DNA from: the human T2T-CHM13v2.0 reference genome, Homo sapiens
Direction: 5' to 3' (one strand)
DNA length: 64,000 nucleotides
Assembly: GCF_009914755.1 (NCBI RefSeq)
Contig: NC_060947.1
Below, one piece after another: positions 42,430-58,440 of the stretch (positions are counted from its first letter, which is position 1; every line of letters begins with the position of its first letter). Both the position numbers and the translations under genes were made by a program. The notes below the pieces were generated by a model. That model saw only the letters and a list, made by a program, of their open reading frames with translations, did no database searches and had not been told where the DNA came from.

Positions 42430-43740
42430 TCTTATCTTACTAGGAGCAAATAAGAATAAGGAAAAGCAGAAATAAAATGTCTACAATTCCAGAAGACAAT
42501 AGAAGAATACCTAAATTTACACGTAGATAGATAGGTCATAGTGAAACCATAGAATGGCAAAGATAAGAGAAATTCCAAAAAGCAATGAGAGAAAAAAGCA
42601 GATTATTTTTAAAGGAACAAAAGTTATACTGAAGGCAGAATTACCAACAGTAACATTAGAAGCCAAAAGACAATAGCATTATAGTGCTGATGAAAATTAA
42701 CTACCAGTCTAGAATTTTATGTCCTAGTGAACTATCACTCATGAGTAAAGATGAAATAATAACATTTGTAATTTAACAATGAACTTGAGACCATTTAAAA
42801 CTCAGAGATTTTGGTAAAAGAACAAGTAGAAGGCCTCTTATTGGTGAAGGAAATTGAATTCAGAAGAGAGAATTGGGATCCAAGAACAATGGTTACTAAA
42901 ATAATCAGTAAATGTGGGTAACTCCCATGAGGATTTGACTGTAGAAATAATGATAAGAATAAATAATTCGGGTGTTACCAAAACAAAGTGAGCTCAATTA
43001 CTAGATAGCAACTTTATAAGGAAGGGTTTGCCATTATAGGCAAGTAAAGTTCTTACATTTTAGGGACCAGGGTTGAATTACTGTAAGATATTTTTATGTG
43101 AAGTATTAGATGTTGAATATTTGGGGCAATGAAAAGTATAGGGATAGAATGTATAATTTCTAAACCAGTAGAGGCATAAATGAAAATAAACAAAACTTGA
43201 TGAATTCAATAGAATTCAAGAATAGAAAAGAACAAAATAAAATGGGATAAAGTGTGGCAAAAAATGAGATGTTAAAATAAACACAAATATATCATTAATC
43301 ACAATAAATATGAACAGACTAAACTATAAAAGGTGATATTTTCACAATGAAAACTAAAATGTAGCTTTATACTGTTTATAAAATTTCCTGGTAAAATATC
43401 AAAAAACCTATACCAGGTATTTACTAATCATAAAATAGTTGGCATAGATATATTAATATTAAAACAAGTAGACTTTGTGGTAAATAAAGTATTACTTAAT
43501 TCAAAAAGGGAAAAATCCAACTTAGAGAAGAAACTTTGAAATTATTTATACCTGAACACATATTCTCAAAATGTATAAAGCCAAAATCAATTAATGTGAA
43601 AAGAGAAATGAACAAATTCTAAATTACAGTGGAAGATCTTATTAGACCTCTCTCAATAATTGACAGATCAAGCAGACAGAAGGTTAATAAAGCCCTGCTA
43701 GACTTGAACAACAAAATTAATAAGTTTTTCTATAGCTCTT
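42430..43740 (+). mobile_element. Very old L1M(E) ORF1-ORF2 junction remnant
   Basis: A-rich, with degenerate ORF1 3' (agaagccaaaagacaa...tctagaattttatgtcc) and endonuclease motifs (gtggaagatctt...tctctcaataattgacagatcaagcagaca). Confidence 0.55.
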
Positions 43741-44607
43741 AAGGCTAGCTTGACTGTGCTGGTAATGATTGGCCATCCTTGCCATTTACATACTACAGCA
43801 CTCTGGTATCTGTCTATGACCTTCTTTCCCTGTGCTTTAGGGCACCTGGGAGAATGTGCACTTAACAACTTTTCAGTAACAGGGAACTGCATACCAGTCT
43901 GCCCTGCTGGCAGATACTTACAAACTTCATGGGAAGGCAAGTCCAGTGCTTTCAGACATTTGAGGTTGGTCCGGCAGAAAGGATCACATGACATTCTTTT
44001 AGCATTCCAAATACTTTTCATTTTCCTTCCTCAATTCCTACTTCCCCTCTCCTTTATATTTATCCTCTTTTTTTCTTCTTTTCTTCCTTTCTTTCCTTTT
44101 CCTTTCCCCTCTCTCTTCCTATCACTCTGTCTTTTATCCCCTAAGTATTATATTATTTTAAATCTCCCTGGTAATAGAAAAGGAAAAGTAGTTCAACCTC
44201 TTTTTAAATAATAAAATGAATTTTAACCAATATTTTAAAAATTGAATTTGTCAATAATAAGTATAGGTCTTTATTATTTTAAATTATTTTATTGAATATT
44301 ATAATAAATATAACAATTTAAGCAGTTAGTCCATTTTAGAAAATGGATTTTTTTCCTGAGTGGACCATATTACAAAATTTCTACTAATACAAATTTTTTA
44401 CAAAATAAACACTGTAAATTTTTTAACTGCTGATTTCTTTTTTTAATGTCTATGGCTACATTTCATATTTTTATTAAAGAGGAAATAGTAATGAACAGTT
44501 TTTAGCGCAAAATCACTTTTCCAGAGTATTTGTGATTCAGATACTCATGTACATGCCTACAAAAATATAATAATATAACCAAAATGGGAAAAATTTCACT
44601 TTACTTG

Positions 44608-45035
44608 TGATATAGTTTGGATCTGTGTCCTTGCTCAAATCTCATTTCAAATTGTAATCACCATGTTGGAAGTGGGAACTAGTAGGAGGTGATTAGATCT
44701 TAGGGGTGGTTTCACATGAATGGTTTAGCACCATACTCTTGATGCTGTACTCAGGATAGTGAGTGAGTTCTAGTGAGGTCTGGTTGTTGAAAAGTGTATA
44801 GTACCTCCCCCTACTCTCTTCTCTTACTTGTGTTCCTGCCATGTAAGATGCCTGCTCCTGCTTTGTCTTCTGCCATGATTGTAAGTTTCCTGAGTCCTCC
44901 CCAGAAGCCAAGCAGATACTTCCATGCTTCCTTTATAGCTTACAGAACCGTGAGCAAATTAAACTTTTTTTTTAGTTAAATAAATTTCCCAGTCTCAGGT
45001 ATTTCTTTATAGCAATGCGAGAATGGCCTAAGAGA
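44608..45035 (+). mobile_element. MSTB-type MaLR solo LTR
   Basis: tgatatagtttggatctgtgtcc...cccagtctcaggtatttctttatagcaatgcgagaatgg. Confidence 0.85.
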
Positions 45036-45639
45036 GCAGGTAAGTTAGTCTTTTGACTTATACAATAGAAAAAAAGCCTACATTGAGTTTTTAGCAGTAG
45101 ATGGCAGTGTGATTAACAAATAGGCCAAAAAATTCTCTAAAATATAATTATTCATGTTTTCTTATAATAAATATTATACAATTATGTATATACATGTAAT
45201 AAATATAATTATTCATTCTTAATTATTCATTTTCTGAATTAAAAGCTCTGACTATTGTTTGTTAATAATATACCAAAAACAACTATAGAAGGCAGTGTTC
45301 AACTTACTATATTACTTAATCTCTTCCATATGTTTGATGTGTTTTTATACAATTATGACCTATTAAGGCACAAACAAGTCTAATAAATTAGTTAATCAAA
45401 TTATATTCTATGAAGCCCCAAAATTCTTCTGAAGTGCTTTGGCTTATCTATAGTGAGGCCATGGAAGTAAATGGGGACTTCTAGCTCCTCATTCTACTTC
45501 AACCAGATTAACTCCAGTTTCCTTTGTTTTATATGTTAATTCAATTTTAAATATTGTTCATACACAGTACGTCTAAGCCAGAAAATAAAAATTTTTGAAA
45601 GCTATTAATCAAATCCCACTCATTGAAAGAGGTTAAGAA

Positions 45640-45795
45640 GTTTGGAGGGACGTGTGGGTTGAAAAACTACTTATTGGGTATTATACCCACTACCTGGGTC
45701 CAATATACCCATGTAAAAATTCAATACATGTACCTCCCTGTATCTAAAATAAAAGCTAAAATTAAAAAAATTATAAAGTTAAAAATTGTTTTAAA
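45640..45795 (+). mobile_element. Short L1 3'-end fragment
   Basis: gggttgaaaaactacttattgggta...caatatacccatgtaaaaattcaatacatgtacctccctgtatctaaaataaaag. Confidence 0.65.
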
Positions 45796-47579
45796 AATTG
45801 ATGTTCTTAAATAGTTGGGAGGATATTAAAATAATGCTTATGTCTTAACTTTCACAACTATTTTTAGATGGCTTTCAGTTTTAAAATCACATGCCAAAAA
45901 TATCTGGGAGGGACTACCTTGTATCCATGGGGGGAAATAAACCCTTTTCTGGTATTAAAAATATATAGAGTACATTTAGAAAATAAACTTGTGGTTGAAA
46001 AATGAAAGGAAAAAAAAAGAAGTTGAGTTTAAAAAAAAACCTTAAGTTGTTTGCTTAAGGTCACACAATGTAGAATTGGAACCAAAACTGAAAAAAAGTG
46101 TTTTAACTCTCAGTTGATTTTATCTTTTTCAGGTCACAAGTTTTATACATGTATGTTTCTCTGCAGTTAGGGAATTGTAGATTATTACAGTAAAAGCCCA
46201 AGTGGATCATATCTGCCTTTACACAGGTTTTGTATAGTCTCCCTTTCCTCGTTGACCTGGTTGTGGCCATGTGACTTGCTTTGGACAAAGGATCATTTAG
46301 GAATGGGAAAGAGGCAGATATTTGATAGCTTCTTTTACATTAGTCTCTTTTTTGCTGCTGGTAATTCTTCTGTACTCTATGAAAAATGATTGGGCTCATC
46401 TCATACAGGATTTGAGTGCTCATGGACAGAATTCCCAGCTGAGATCCAAAGACCACAGTCAATACCCAGTATATACACAGGTCAAAATACCCAGGTAGTA
46501 CCATGTGGAGATGATAAGCTGTCCTAAATGAGCTCAGGCCACAGAATTATGAGCAAATGAATGGTTGTTGCTTTAAATCACTAAGTTTTTGGGTAGTTTG
46601 TTATGCAGTTGTAGCTGAACAAAACAATGGTATTGATTTTTTGTTCCAACTATGACCTATTCTAGGATCTGAACATAGTATATTTTTATGGGTTATTTGA
46701 AAAACTGTAGATAGCACTGATTTCTTCCAATAACCAAAGTTAAATGAAATGATGTAGTCTTTACTTCAAGAAATTCTTTCTTTATGTTTATTTTCTTCAG
46801 TAATTGTAATTTTTCTGTAAATTTACATATATTCGGTTATCTTTAAATATAGAATCTTGACAATTGCCACACTTGTAAAGAAAAGATACAGGTTAACTAC
46901 ATCTGAGTTGAGTAGGGATGGAAGGGACAGATCCAGATAGTCCCTAACATTTGTTATGCCCAAGTCAAGAGTACAAATGGAAACCCACATAACATATGTC
47001 TAAATTTTAAAAACTTACAAATCAAACTAACACATTTCAAAATAGAATACATTCTATTATTCCATTTTAACAAATCTAACCTTATAAGAACCTTGAAGAC
47101 CAAGTTTGAATTTAGAATTTTTGGACTCCTCAGAGTTTTGCACTAGAAAATGACAGCACAGGGTAGCTGGGTGCTAGTCAGGTGCCCACATCATTGTCTT
47201 CTTTCAACTCTTACATGCACTCTAATGGTTCTTATGTTTAAACATGTGGATATGTCAGCCCACACACTTACTCTTGGTCCATACCCTCCTAATAGTGACC
47301 TCTTAGTTACTGCACAGTTCTAGGAGTCTTCTACCAAGAGGACTGACCTAGGGAAGAGTCTTGTGAAAGCACTGTAAACAGGATCAAGGAACTATGGATT
47401 GTGAATTATAATGTCTCATGAACTTGAACCATGGGTGGGGCTGGGATCCATAGAGATCTGTCCCATTGGGCCCATGTACTTCTTGCACGTGCAGAGAGGC
47501 AATGCCAGAGGAGGATCAGAGTAAGGCCCTAGAAAGCATGAGACCAGGACAGGAACCTCTCTATCCTGGGATTTAGGGC

Positions 47580-48045
47580 ATGTGTTAAGCTAGGTAATTC
47601 CAAAGCAGACCCTGAGATCTGGTCTTGAGAGCAAGTAGTTTGAGAGGTGATCCCAAAGCATAGGTAGGGGAGTAGGAGACTGCAAAGAGAAGAAACCAAT
47701 TCCAGGGATTTTAATTATCAGGTTATCATTGCAGGCAATTGGGACTCAGTCCCACTGGGGGCCTCTGGAAGTTGGTGTCAAATTCACCTCAGAGTTCTTC
47801 TAACCAAAGGGCAAGAAAACAGATTTTTTTGTTCGTTTGTTTTTTAGCAATTTTGATCAATTTTTGGTTTGGTACTGCTCCTGCAGGCTTTTACTACCAC
47901 TTCTGGATGATCTATGTGAGAACTGAGTACCATTCTTTGTCTAGAGAGAACTTTCAAGGAGGAAGTCACACATATCCATAAATCCATGCCCTTTAAGGCA
48001 TACTTAAAGGGGACATGTCAAGGCATGGACAGCATTTGCTACAGT
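47580..48045 (-). mobile_element. Old ERVL LTR (LTR16-like)
   Basis: aagcagaccctgaga...gcaagtagtttgagaggtgatccc...ggacagcatttgctaca. Confidence 0.45.
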
Positions 48046-50382
48046 CCAGAATTGGAAATAGATTTAAGAAAACATGTCCCATTATTATATGATGGCACAA
48101 TGTGTCCAGTAAAATTTCCAAATTTCTGAAGATCAAAATGGTTTCTACCTCTGCTAGTTTACATCTGATGGGGACGCAAATACTGTCAAATAAATATCTT
48201 AACCCAGAAGTTTTTAAATCTCTTATTTATAATATATATCACCCCTACTTATGTTTCTTATACAACTTAATAAAATTATTTTGGATATTTAAAAATGAAA
48301 CAGATATTGATTTATAAATACATCATCAAAATTAAAATTATAATTTCCACAAATTCCACTATTATAATGATTTACTTTTTGGATTTGTAAGAGAGAGGGG
48401 CTGACATTGTGTAGCCCTTAAAGTCCTTGCTCATAAACATTTCATGAGTTGGAAAATGTACACTTAAGAATGTCTTTGGCTTTAACTTTCAGACTCAGCA
48501 ATCATTAGGAAATGAACATTTTTTTTGGAAAAAGAAATGTATAACATAAAGCTTTTGACAGAAATTTTATACTTGAACTTGTGCGTTGCAATGATTGTGT
48601 AGCATTAAATAGCAAGAGGTTTTTATCTTTGATGAAAACAATAGATATTCTGCAATTCTTAAAATTGTCTGAACAGTTTAATTCTTATATAAATAAAATA
48701 AACGTAAATTAATAGAATTCTATTTAAATTACATATTCTAAATATTTTTATTTCATTCTCTTCATCCAAGAAAAAAAAATGAGTTCTGTTTATGCCTGTT
48801 ATTAAAACAACAAATAATTTTCTGTGCTGATTTGTTCTATTGAGATTGCCACAACACAAATACCTCTCTCAGGATAAAAGTAATCAATTAACAACAGATG
48901 ATAAAATGTGCCTGGAGTCCTTTTTGCCAAGAAAAAAATGTGTTCTAAAATTAGGTTTATGCTTGAATAGGATGGAACAAAAATAACATTCTGAGAGCCT
49001 TTGAGAGTAACTGTTTTCTCCTCAGACCAGCTGAAGTCTTGAACTTGTTGGATGTAATACAAATTTCAAATATTATCCATTATCAGCATGTTTTAATATG
49101 TACTATTCAATGTAGCATTATACATTATATATATTGTATTACATATAGCAACATAGACATGGAATATATGCTATATAATATTCAATTAATATAAGATATG
49201 TAACATTACATAATGTATAATTTATAACACACACATAAACTCTTGTTTGATAAAGGATTTAGGGTAGTTAATGTTCTTGCATAGAATGTTCTTGCGTATA
49301 AATGTTCTTGCATATCTTGGCATATACATTTCATTGTATTTGAAAACAACATGCCACCTTTCACATTTGAAGTGTTCACTTTGGGAGAATTAAAATTGTA
49401 GCCATTTAATGTCATAATATGTGTCTGGCCAATTGATTGATATGCTTGATTTGTTTTCTTGGTTTCAGAGAACTTCCTTGTACAGAATTAGGCGTCAGAT
49501 GTTTTTAAAATCATTTGTTGTTTGTTGACTATTTAAATAGTTTGGCATTAACTATGAAACTTTTATTATGTTCTTATACTGCATTCTACTTTAGGGTTGC
49601 CAAATTTTTATAACTATTTTCTCATTTTATGGATGCCAAGGAAATGGTGACCTTCAGAGAAAAAGTGGTGTTGCCTGAAAGGAAAGAATGAGAATAGATA
49701 GCTCAACCTAGCGTAAGAAGTAAAATTAGCTAGTAGCTTAAGGTAAATGTTGTAACGGGGTGTTATGAGAAGTATTAATTACACATGCACTTTTCTGGTT
49801 CCCTTGGTTATTAGCTATGAAAAAATTATTTCTATCTGCTGGCCAAGTTGCAAATTATTTTGATTGCTGTGAGACAGAGCACCTCTAAGTCATAGAAATG
49901 TGGCTGACAGTAAAGCCCATCTAATATTGCATGTATTTCCTTCTATCTCAGCCCCCTTTCTATTAGGTAGAGTCACATAGCTGGGTCTGGCCAGTTAAAT
50001 GTAATGTTTATATTAATTTTGAGCTGAAAACTGAAAAGTCCTTGAGCAAACTTCCAGCCATTCCTTTTCCCCTGACCTCTCAGCCAAAGAGCAGAGACAT
50101 TTCTTATGGTACAAATGCAAGATGGTGGTATCTTTCACAGTATGGAGTCCTGAGTGACTTTGAGGAGCACACTGTTCTCTGACCAGTGCAGTATATATAC
50201 TCTAATTGATAAATAAGCTTGCATGGTAAGCCCTGGAGATTTAGAAGTATTGTGTTATCCCAGTGAAACCTATTCTAGGTTATGCAGTACAATTTAATAC
50301 AATAATATTAAATATTGCTTACCAAGATGAATTTTAGGTTTTATATGATTTTAAATGAACTGTTTTAAAATTATTTTGATAG

Positions 50383-50579
50383 CTTCAGATGGATCTGTTC
50401 CACTTCCTTTGCAATTTCTTCCTCTCCAATCTGGACGCTACCCTTGTAAAATTTTATTGAAATCAAGGTATGATGTGCGTGCCTATTATGTTGAAGGTAT
50501 TGTGAATGAAGAACAACCAGAGGCCAAATTTGAGTTTGAAACACCAGCATTTGAAGCCCTTACTCAGAATATTCCAATA
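50383..50579 (+). CDS. CFAP47: CFAP47 coding exon G (197 nt, phase 1-0): SDGSVPLPLQFLPLQSGRYPCKILLKSRYDVRAYYVEGIVNEEQPEAKFEFETPAFEALTQNIPI
   Basis: ttttgatag| acceptor, ATA|gtatgt donor. Lies within ORF 50355-50636. Confidence 0.9.
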
Positions 50580-51582
50580 GTATGTATAAACTTTTTTGGT
50601 ACCTTTCTTTATTCATATTGCCACTGTGTCAATTAAAGTCCTCCAGACCTCTCATCTTGGACTATTACAAATTTCTGACTGTCTTATCTGCTGTCAATTA
50701 TTTCTTCATATTTATGTCAGAATCTCTTCCTAAATATAAATGTTATTATGTTACTCATCTCATTAATCACTTCTGCTGGCTCTTTGCTTAAAACAATTAA
50801 CTCCAATGTCCTTAATGTATCATTAAATTCCTTCTTGCTTCAACAAGCAGAGTTATGGACTCTCAGGTCACTCTACTCTAAATTCTGTTGTGATCTAACA
50901 CTTGGTTAAGATGGGTTCATAGGCACTGAGAACAATGATTGCCTGTAGCTTGGCTACCTATTAGTCAAAGTGACAATATAGTGTAAAAGAAGGTAAGATA
51001 ATTGTAAAGAACTTTGGCTTTTTAGAGGGATAAATTGCCTTTTTTGGTTTATTTGTCTAATTATTAAAGACATGACAAAAGTCAATCTGAAGCACAAAAT
51101 TTTGTTCTGATGAGATATATAATCTTTGCTATGTGAGCAACATACCAGGTAGAATGACAATTATTACCTTGAATTAGAAGTAAAGTGTGTCCTCTAAGGC
51201 CATTTTATCATCTTAATGGTAATTAGTAAGTGAGACAAAGGGAATTTCTTTAGATATTAAATGATCCTTCGATAGATCTATTAGGCAATGCTCTTATGTG
51301 ACATAGAAAGAACATGTAGTCATCATTATGCCTTATGTTTACATTTTTGATATTTATTCTTTTTTTATTTTATTATTATTATACTTTAGGTTTTAGGGTA
51401 CATGTGCACAATCTGCAGGTTAGTTACATATGTATACATGTGCCATGCTGGTGTGCTGCACCCATTAATTCGTCATTTAGCATTAGGTATATCTCCTAAA
51501 GCTATCTCTCCCCCCTCCCCCCACCCCACAACAGTCCCCAGAGTGTGATGTTCCCCTTCCTTTGTCCATGTGTTCTCATTGT

Positions 51583-55410
<3,828 letters not shown>

Positions 55411-55473
55411 TATGATGTTAGCTGGTTATTTTGCTGGTTAGTTGATGCAGTTTCTTCCTAGCCTTGACGGTCT

Positions 55474-56490
55474 TTACAATTTGGCATGATTTTGCAGTGG
55501 CTGGTACCGGTTGTTCCTTTCCATGTTTAGCGCTTCCTTCAGGAGCTCTTTTAGGGCAGGCCTGGTGGTGACAAAATCTCTCAGCATTTGCTTGTCTGTA
55601 AAGGATTTTATTTCTCCTTCACTTATGAAGCTTAGTTTGGCTGGATATGAAATTTTGGGTTGAAAATTCTTTTTCTTTAAGAATGTTGAATATTGGCCCC
55701 CACTCTCTTCTGGCTTGTAGAGTTTCTACCGAGAGATCCACTGTTAGTCTGATGGGTTTCCCTTTGTGGGTAACCGACCTTTCTCTCTGGCTGCCCTTAA
55801 CATTTTTTCCTTCATTTCAACTTTGGTGAATCTGACAATTATGTGTCTTGGAGTTGCTCTTCTCGAGGAGTATCTTTGTGGCGTTCTCTGTATTTCCTGA
55901 ATCTGAATGTTGGCCTGCCTTGCTAGATTGGGGAAGTTCTCCTGGATAATATCCTGCAGAGTGTTTTCCAACTTGGTTCCATTCTCCCCGTCACTTTCAG
56001 GTACACCAATCAGATGTAGATTTGGTCTTTTCACATAGTCCCATATTTCTTGGAGGCTTTGTTCATTTCTTTTTATTCTTTTTTCTCTAAACTTCCCTTC
56101 TCTCTTCATTTCATTCATTTCATCTTCCATCACTGACACCCTTTCTTCCAGTTGATCGCATCGGCTCCTGAGGCTTCTCCATTCTTCACGTAGTTCTCAA
56201 GCCTTGGCTTTCAGCTCCATCAGCTCCTTTAAGCACTTCTCTGTATTGGTTTTTCTAGTTTTACATTCGTTTAAATTTTTTTCAAAGTTTTCAACTTCTT
56301 TGCCTTTGGTTTGAATTTCCTCCTGTAGCTCGGAATAGTTTGATCATCTGAGGCCTTCTTCTCTCAACTCGTCAAAGTCATTCTCCATCCAGCTTTGTTC
56401 CATTGCTGGTGAGGAGCTGCGTTCCTTTGGAGGAGGAGAGGTGCTCTGCTTTTTAGAGTTTCCAGTTTTTCTGCTCTGTTTTTTCCCCAT
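55474..56490 (-). pseudogene. L1 ORF1, inactivated
   Basis: ATGGGGAAAAAACAG at 56490. CGA>TGA nonsense at 56197-56199 and a frameshift near 55773 (REKGR-LPTKGNP). Confidence 0.9.
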
Positions 56491-56899
56491 CTTTGTGGTT
56501 TTATCTACTTTTGGCCTTTGATGATGGTGAGGTACAGATGGGTTTTTGGTGTGGATGTCCTTTCTGTTTGTTAGTTTTCCTTCTAAGAGACAGGAGCCTC
56601 AGCTGCAGGTCTGTTGGAGTTTGCTAGAGGTCCACTCCAGACCCTGTTTGCCTGGGTACCAGCAGCGGTGGCTGCAGAACAGTGGATTTTCGTGAACTGC
56701 GAATGCTGCTGTCTGATCGTTCCTCTGGAAGTTTTGCCTCAGAGGAGTACCCGGCCGTGTGAGGTGTCAGTCTGCCCCTACTGGCGGGTGCCTCTAAGTT
56801 AGGCTGCTCGGGGGTCAGGGGTCAGGGACGCACTTGAGGAGGTAGTCTGCCCGTTCTCAGATCTCCAGGTGTGTGCTGGGAGAACCACTGCTCTCTTCA

Positions 56900-57520
56900 A
56901 AGCTGTCAGACAGGGACATTTAAGTCTGCAGAGGTTACTGCTGTCTTTTTGTTTGTCTGTGCCCTGCCCCCAGAGGTGGAGCATACAGAGGCAGGCAGGC
57001 CCCCTTGAGCTGCGGTGGGCTCCACCCAGTTCAAGCTTCCCAGCTGCTTTGTTTACCTAAACAAGCCTGGGCAATGGCAGGCGCCCCTCCCCCAGCCTCG
57101 CTGCTGCCTTGCAGTCTGATCTCAGACTGTTGTGCTAGCAATCAGCGAGACTCCGTGGGCGTAGGACCCTCCGAGCCAGGTGGGGGATATAATCTCCTGG
57201 TGCGCCATTTTTTTAAGCCTGTGGAAAAGCGCAGTATTGAGGTGGGAGTGACCCGATTTTCCAGGTGCCGTCTGTCATCCCTTTCTTTGACTAGGAAAGG
57301 GAACTCCCTGACCTCTTGTGCTTCCCGAGTGAGGCAATGCCTCGCCCTGCTTCGGCTCACACACGGTGCGCTGCACCCACTGTCCTGTGCCCACTGTCTG
57401 GCACTCCCTAGTGAGATGAACCCGGTACCTCAGATGGAAATGCAGAAATCACCCGTCTTCTGCATCGCTCACGCTAGGAGCTGTAGACCGGAGCTGTTCC
57501 TATTCGGCCATCTTGGCTCC
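56900..57520. promoter_or_regulatory. L1 5' UTR: sense promoter (- strand) and antisense promoter (+ strand, toward CFAP47 exon H)
   Basis: CpG-retaining 5' UTR with intact YY1 motif (cggccatcttg on the + strand, ~57505-57515). Promoter activity is inferred from the family, not shown here. Confidence 0.65.
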
Positions 57521-57586
57521 AGCACATCGATATTTATTCTTAACAAATATGACTTTCCACTGGTGATTCCTTGGAAATACAATTAA
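57074..57586 (+). CDS. L1 ORF0, intact start, extended to 170 aa
   Basis: gcaATGG start. MAGAPPPASLLPCSLISDCCASNQRDSVGVGPSEPG...VTRFSRC matches primate ORF0. No stop until 57584-57586. Translation is unproven. Confidence 0.55.
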   Translation: MAGAPPPASLLPCSLISDCCASNQRDSVGVGPSEPGGGYNLLVRHFFKPVEKRSIEVGVTRFSRCRLSSLSLTRKGNSLTSCASRVRQCLALLRLTHGALHPLSCAHCLALPSEMNPVPQMEMQKSPVFCIAHARSCRPELFLFGHLGSSTSIFILNKYDFPLVIPWKYN

Positions 57587-57688
57587 AAATACAATATATA
57601 ATGCTATAGAAATTACCAAGAATTCATATGTAATTCAATTTCATCAATATCATCTCTCTGATATTTCTGTACCTTTTTCATGCTTTAG

Positions 57689-57832
57689 AAAAATCAAACA
57701 AACGATAAATGGACCTTTCAAGTTACTATAGAAGGAGAATGGTTTTATGGACCTGTTGATTTACATGTTGGACCAGATGAAATTGTGGAGTATCCTCTCA
57801 CATTCAAACCTATTTTTGAATGTGTCATTACG
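57689..57832 (+). CDS. CFAP47: CFAP47 coding exon H (144 nt, phase 0-0): KNQTNDKWTFQVTIEGEWFYGPVDLHVGPDEIVEYPLTFKPIFECVIT
   Basis: ctttttcatgctttag| acceptor, ACG|gtatga donor, 48 open codons. Confidence 0.9.
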
Positions 57833-58440
57833 GTATGAACTCCTTGATATTTTCCCCAGTATTAATTAATAGTATCATTAGTTAATAAACTAATGTATGA
57901 CATTAGTCTTTTAATTGATAGTACAACTGTTTAGTAGAAAAGTTAATATTTTCCATGAATTTGACTATTTTTACTTAAAACTTTAATACATGTTTTAATT
58001 TGAGGCATAAACATCATGAACATAACAATATTTTTGTCTGTGAATACTAGCATTCAAATTAATTTTGTACAACATGCTGAACAAAGTAAGATAATTACTT
58101 TTCCTTCCTATTCATTAAAGAAATTGGTGTATCAGAAAATACTTTCTTAAGACAATATTTCTTTTACATGGAAGTAGACATGCATATAATTGCTGTGTAT
58201 GAAAATACCTATATACACTCTGTAATTTAGCAAGGGTAATCAGAAATAAATGACTTTTCACCAGAAATTTGTCTTTATGTGTTTTGTAGAAGCAGTTATT
58301 TGTGTATTGAAAAAGTCAATGGCTAACACCTCTCTACAAGCTCTTTTTATTAATCAGACACAAGAAGAATAAGATAGCAGAGGTTGTTTAACATTTATCT
58401 ATGACTCCTATAGACCTGAAATTTGTCTGGTTTCTCATAG

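Noticed and set aside
43698-44211. Overlapping 153-aa and 107-aa ORFs
   Set aside because: The longer one runs through a CT-rich low-complexity tract (F/L/P/S bias). Neither has recognisable homology or a splice fit, and the F-G exon frame is already complete.
46150-47580. Possible MLT1 and hAT-type DNA transposon fragments
   Set aside because: Suggestive motifs only; not enough to support a call.
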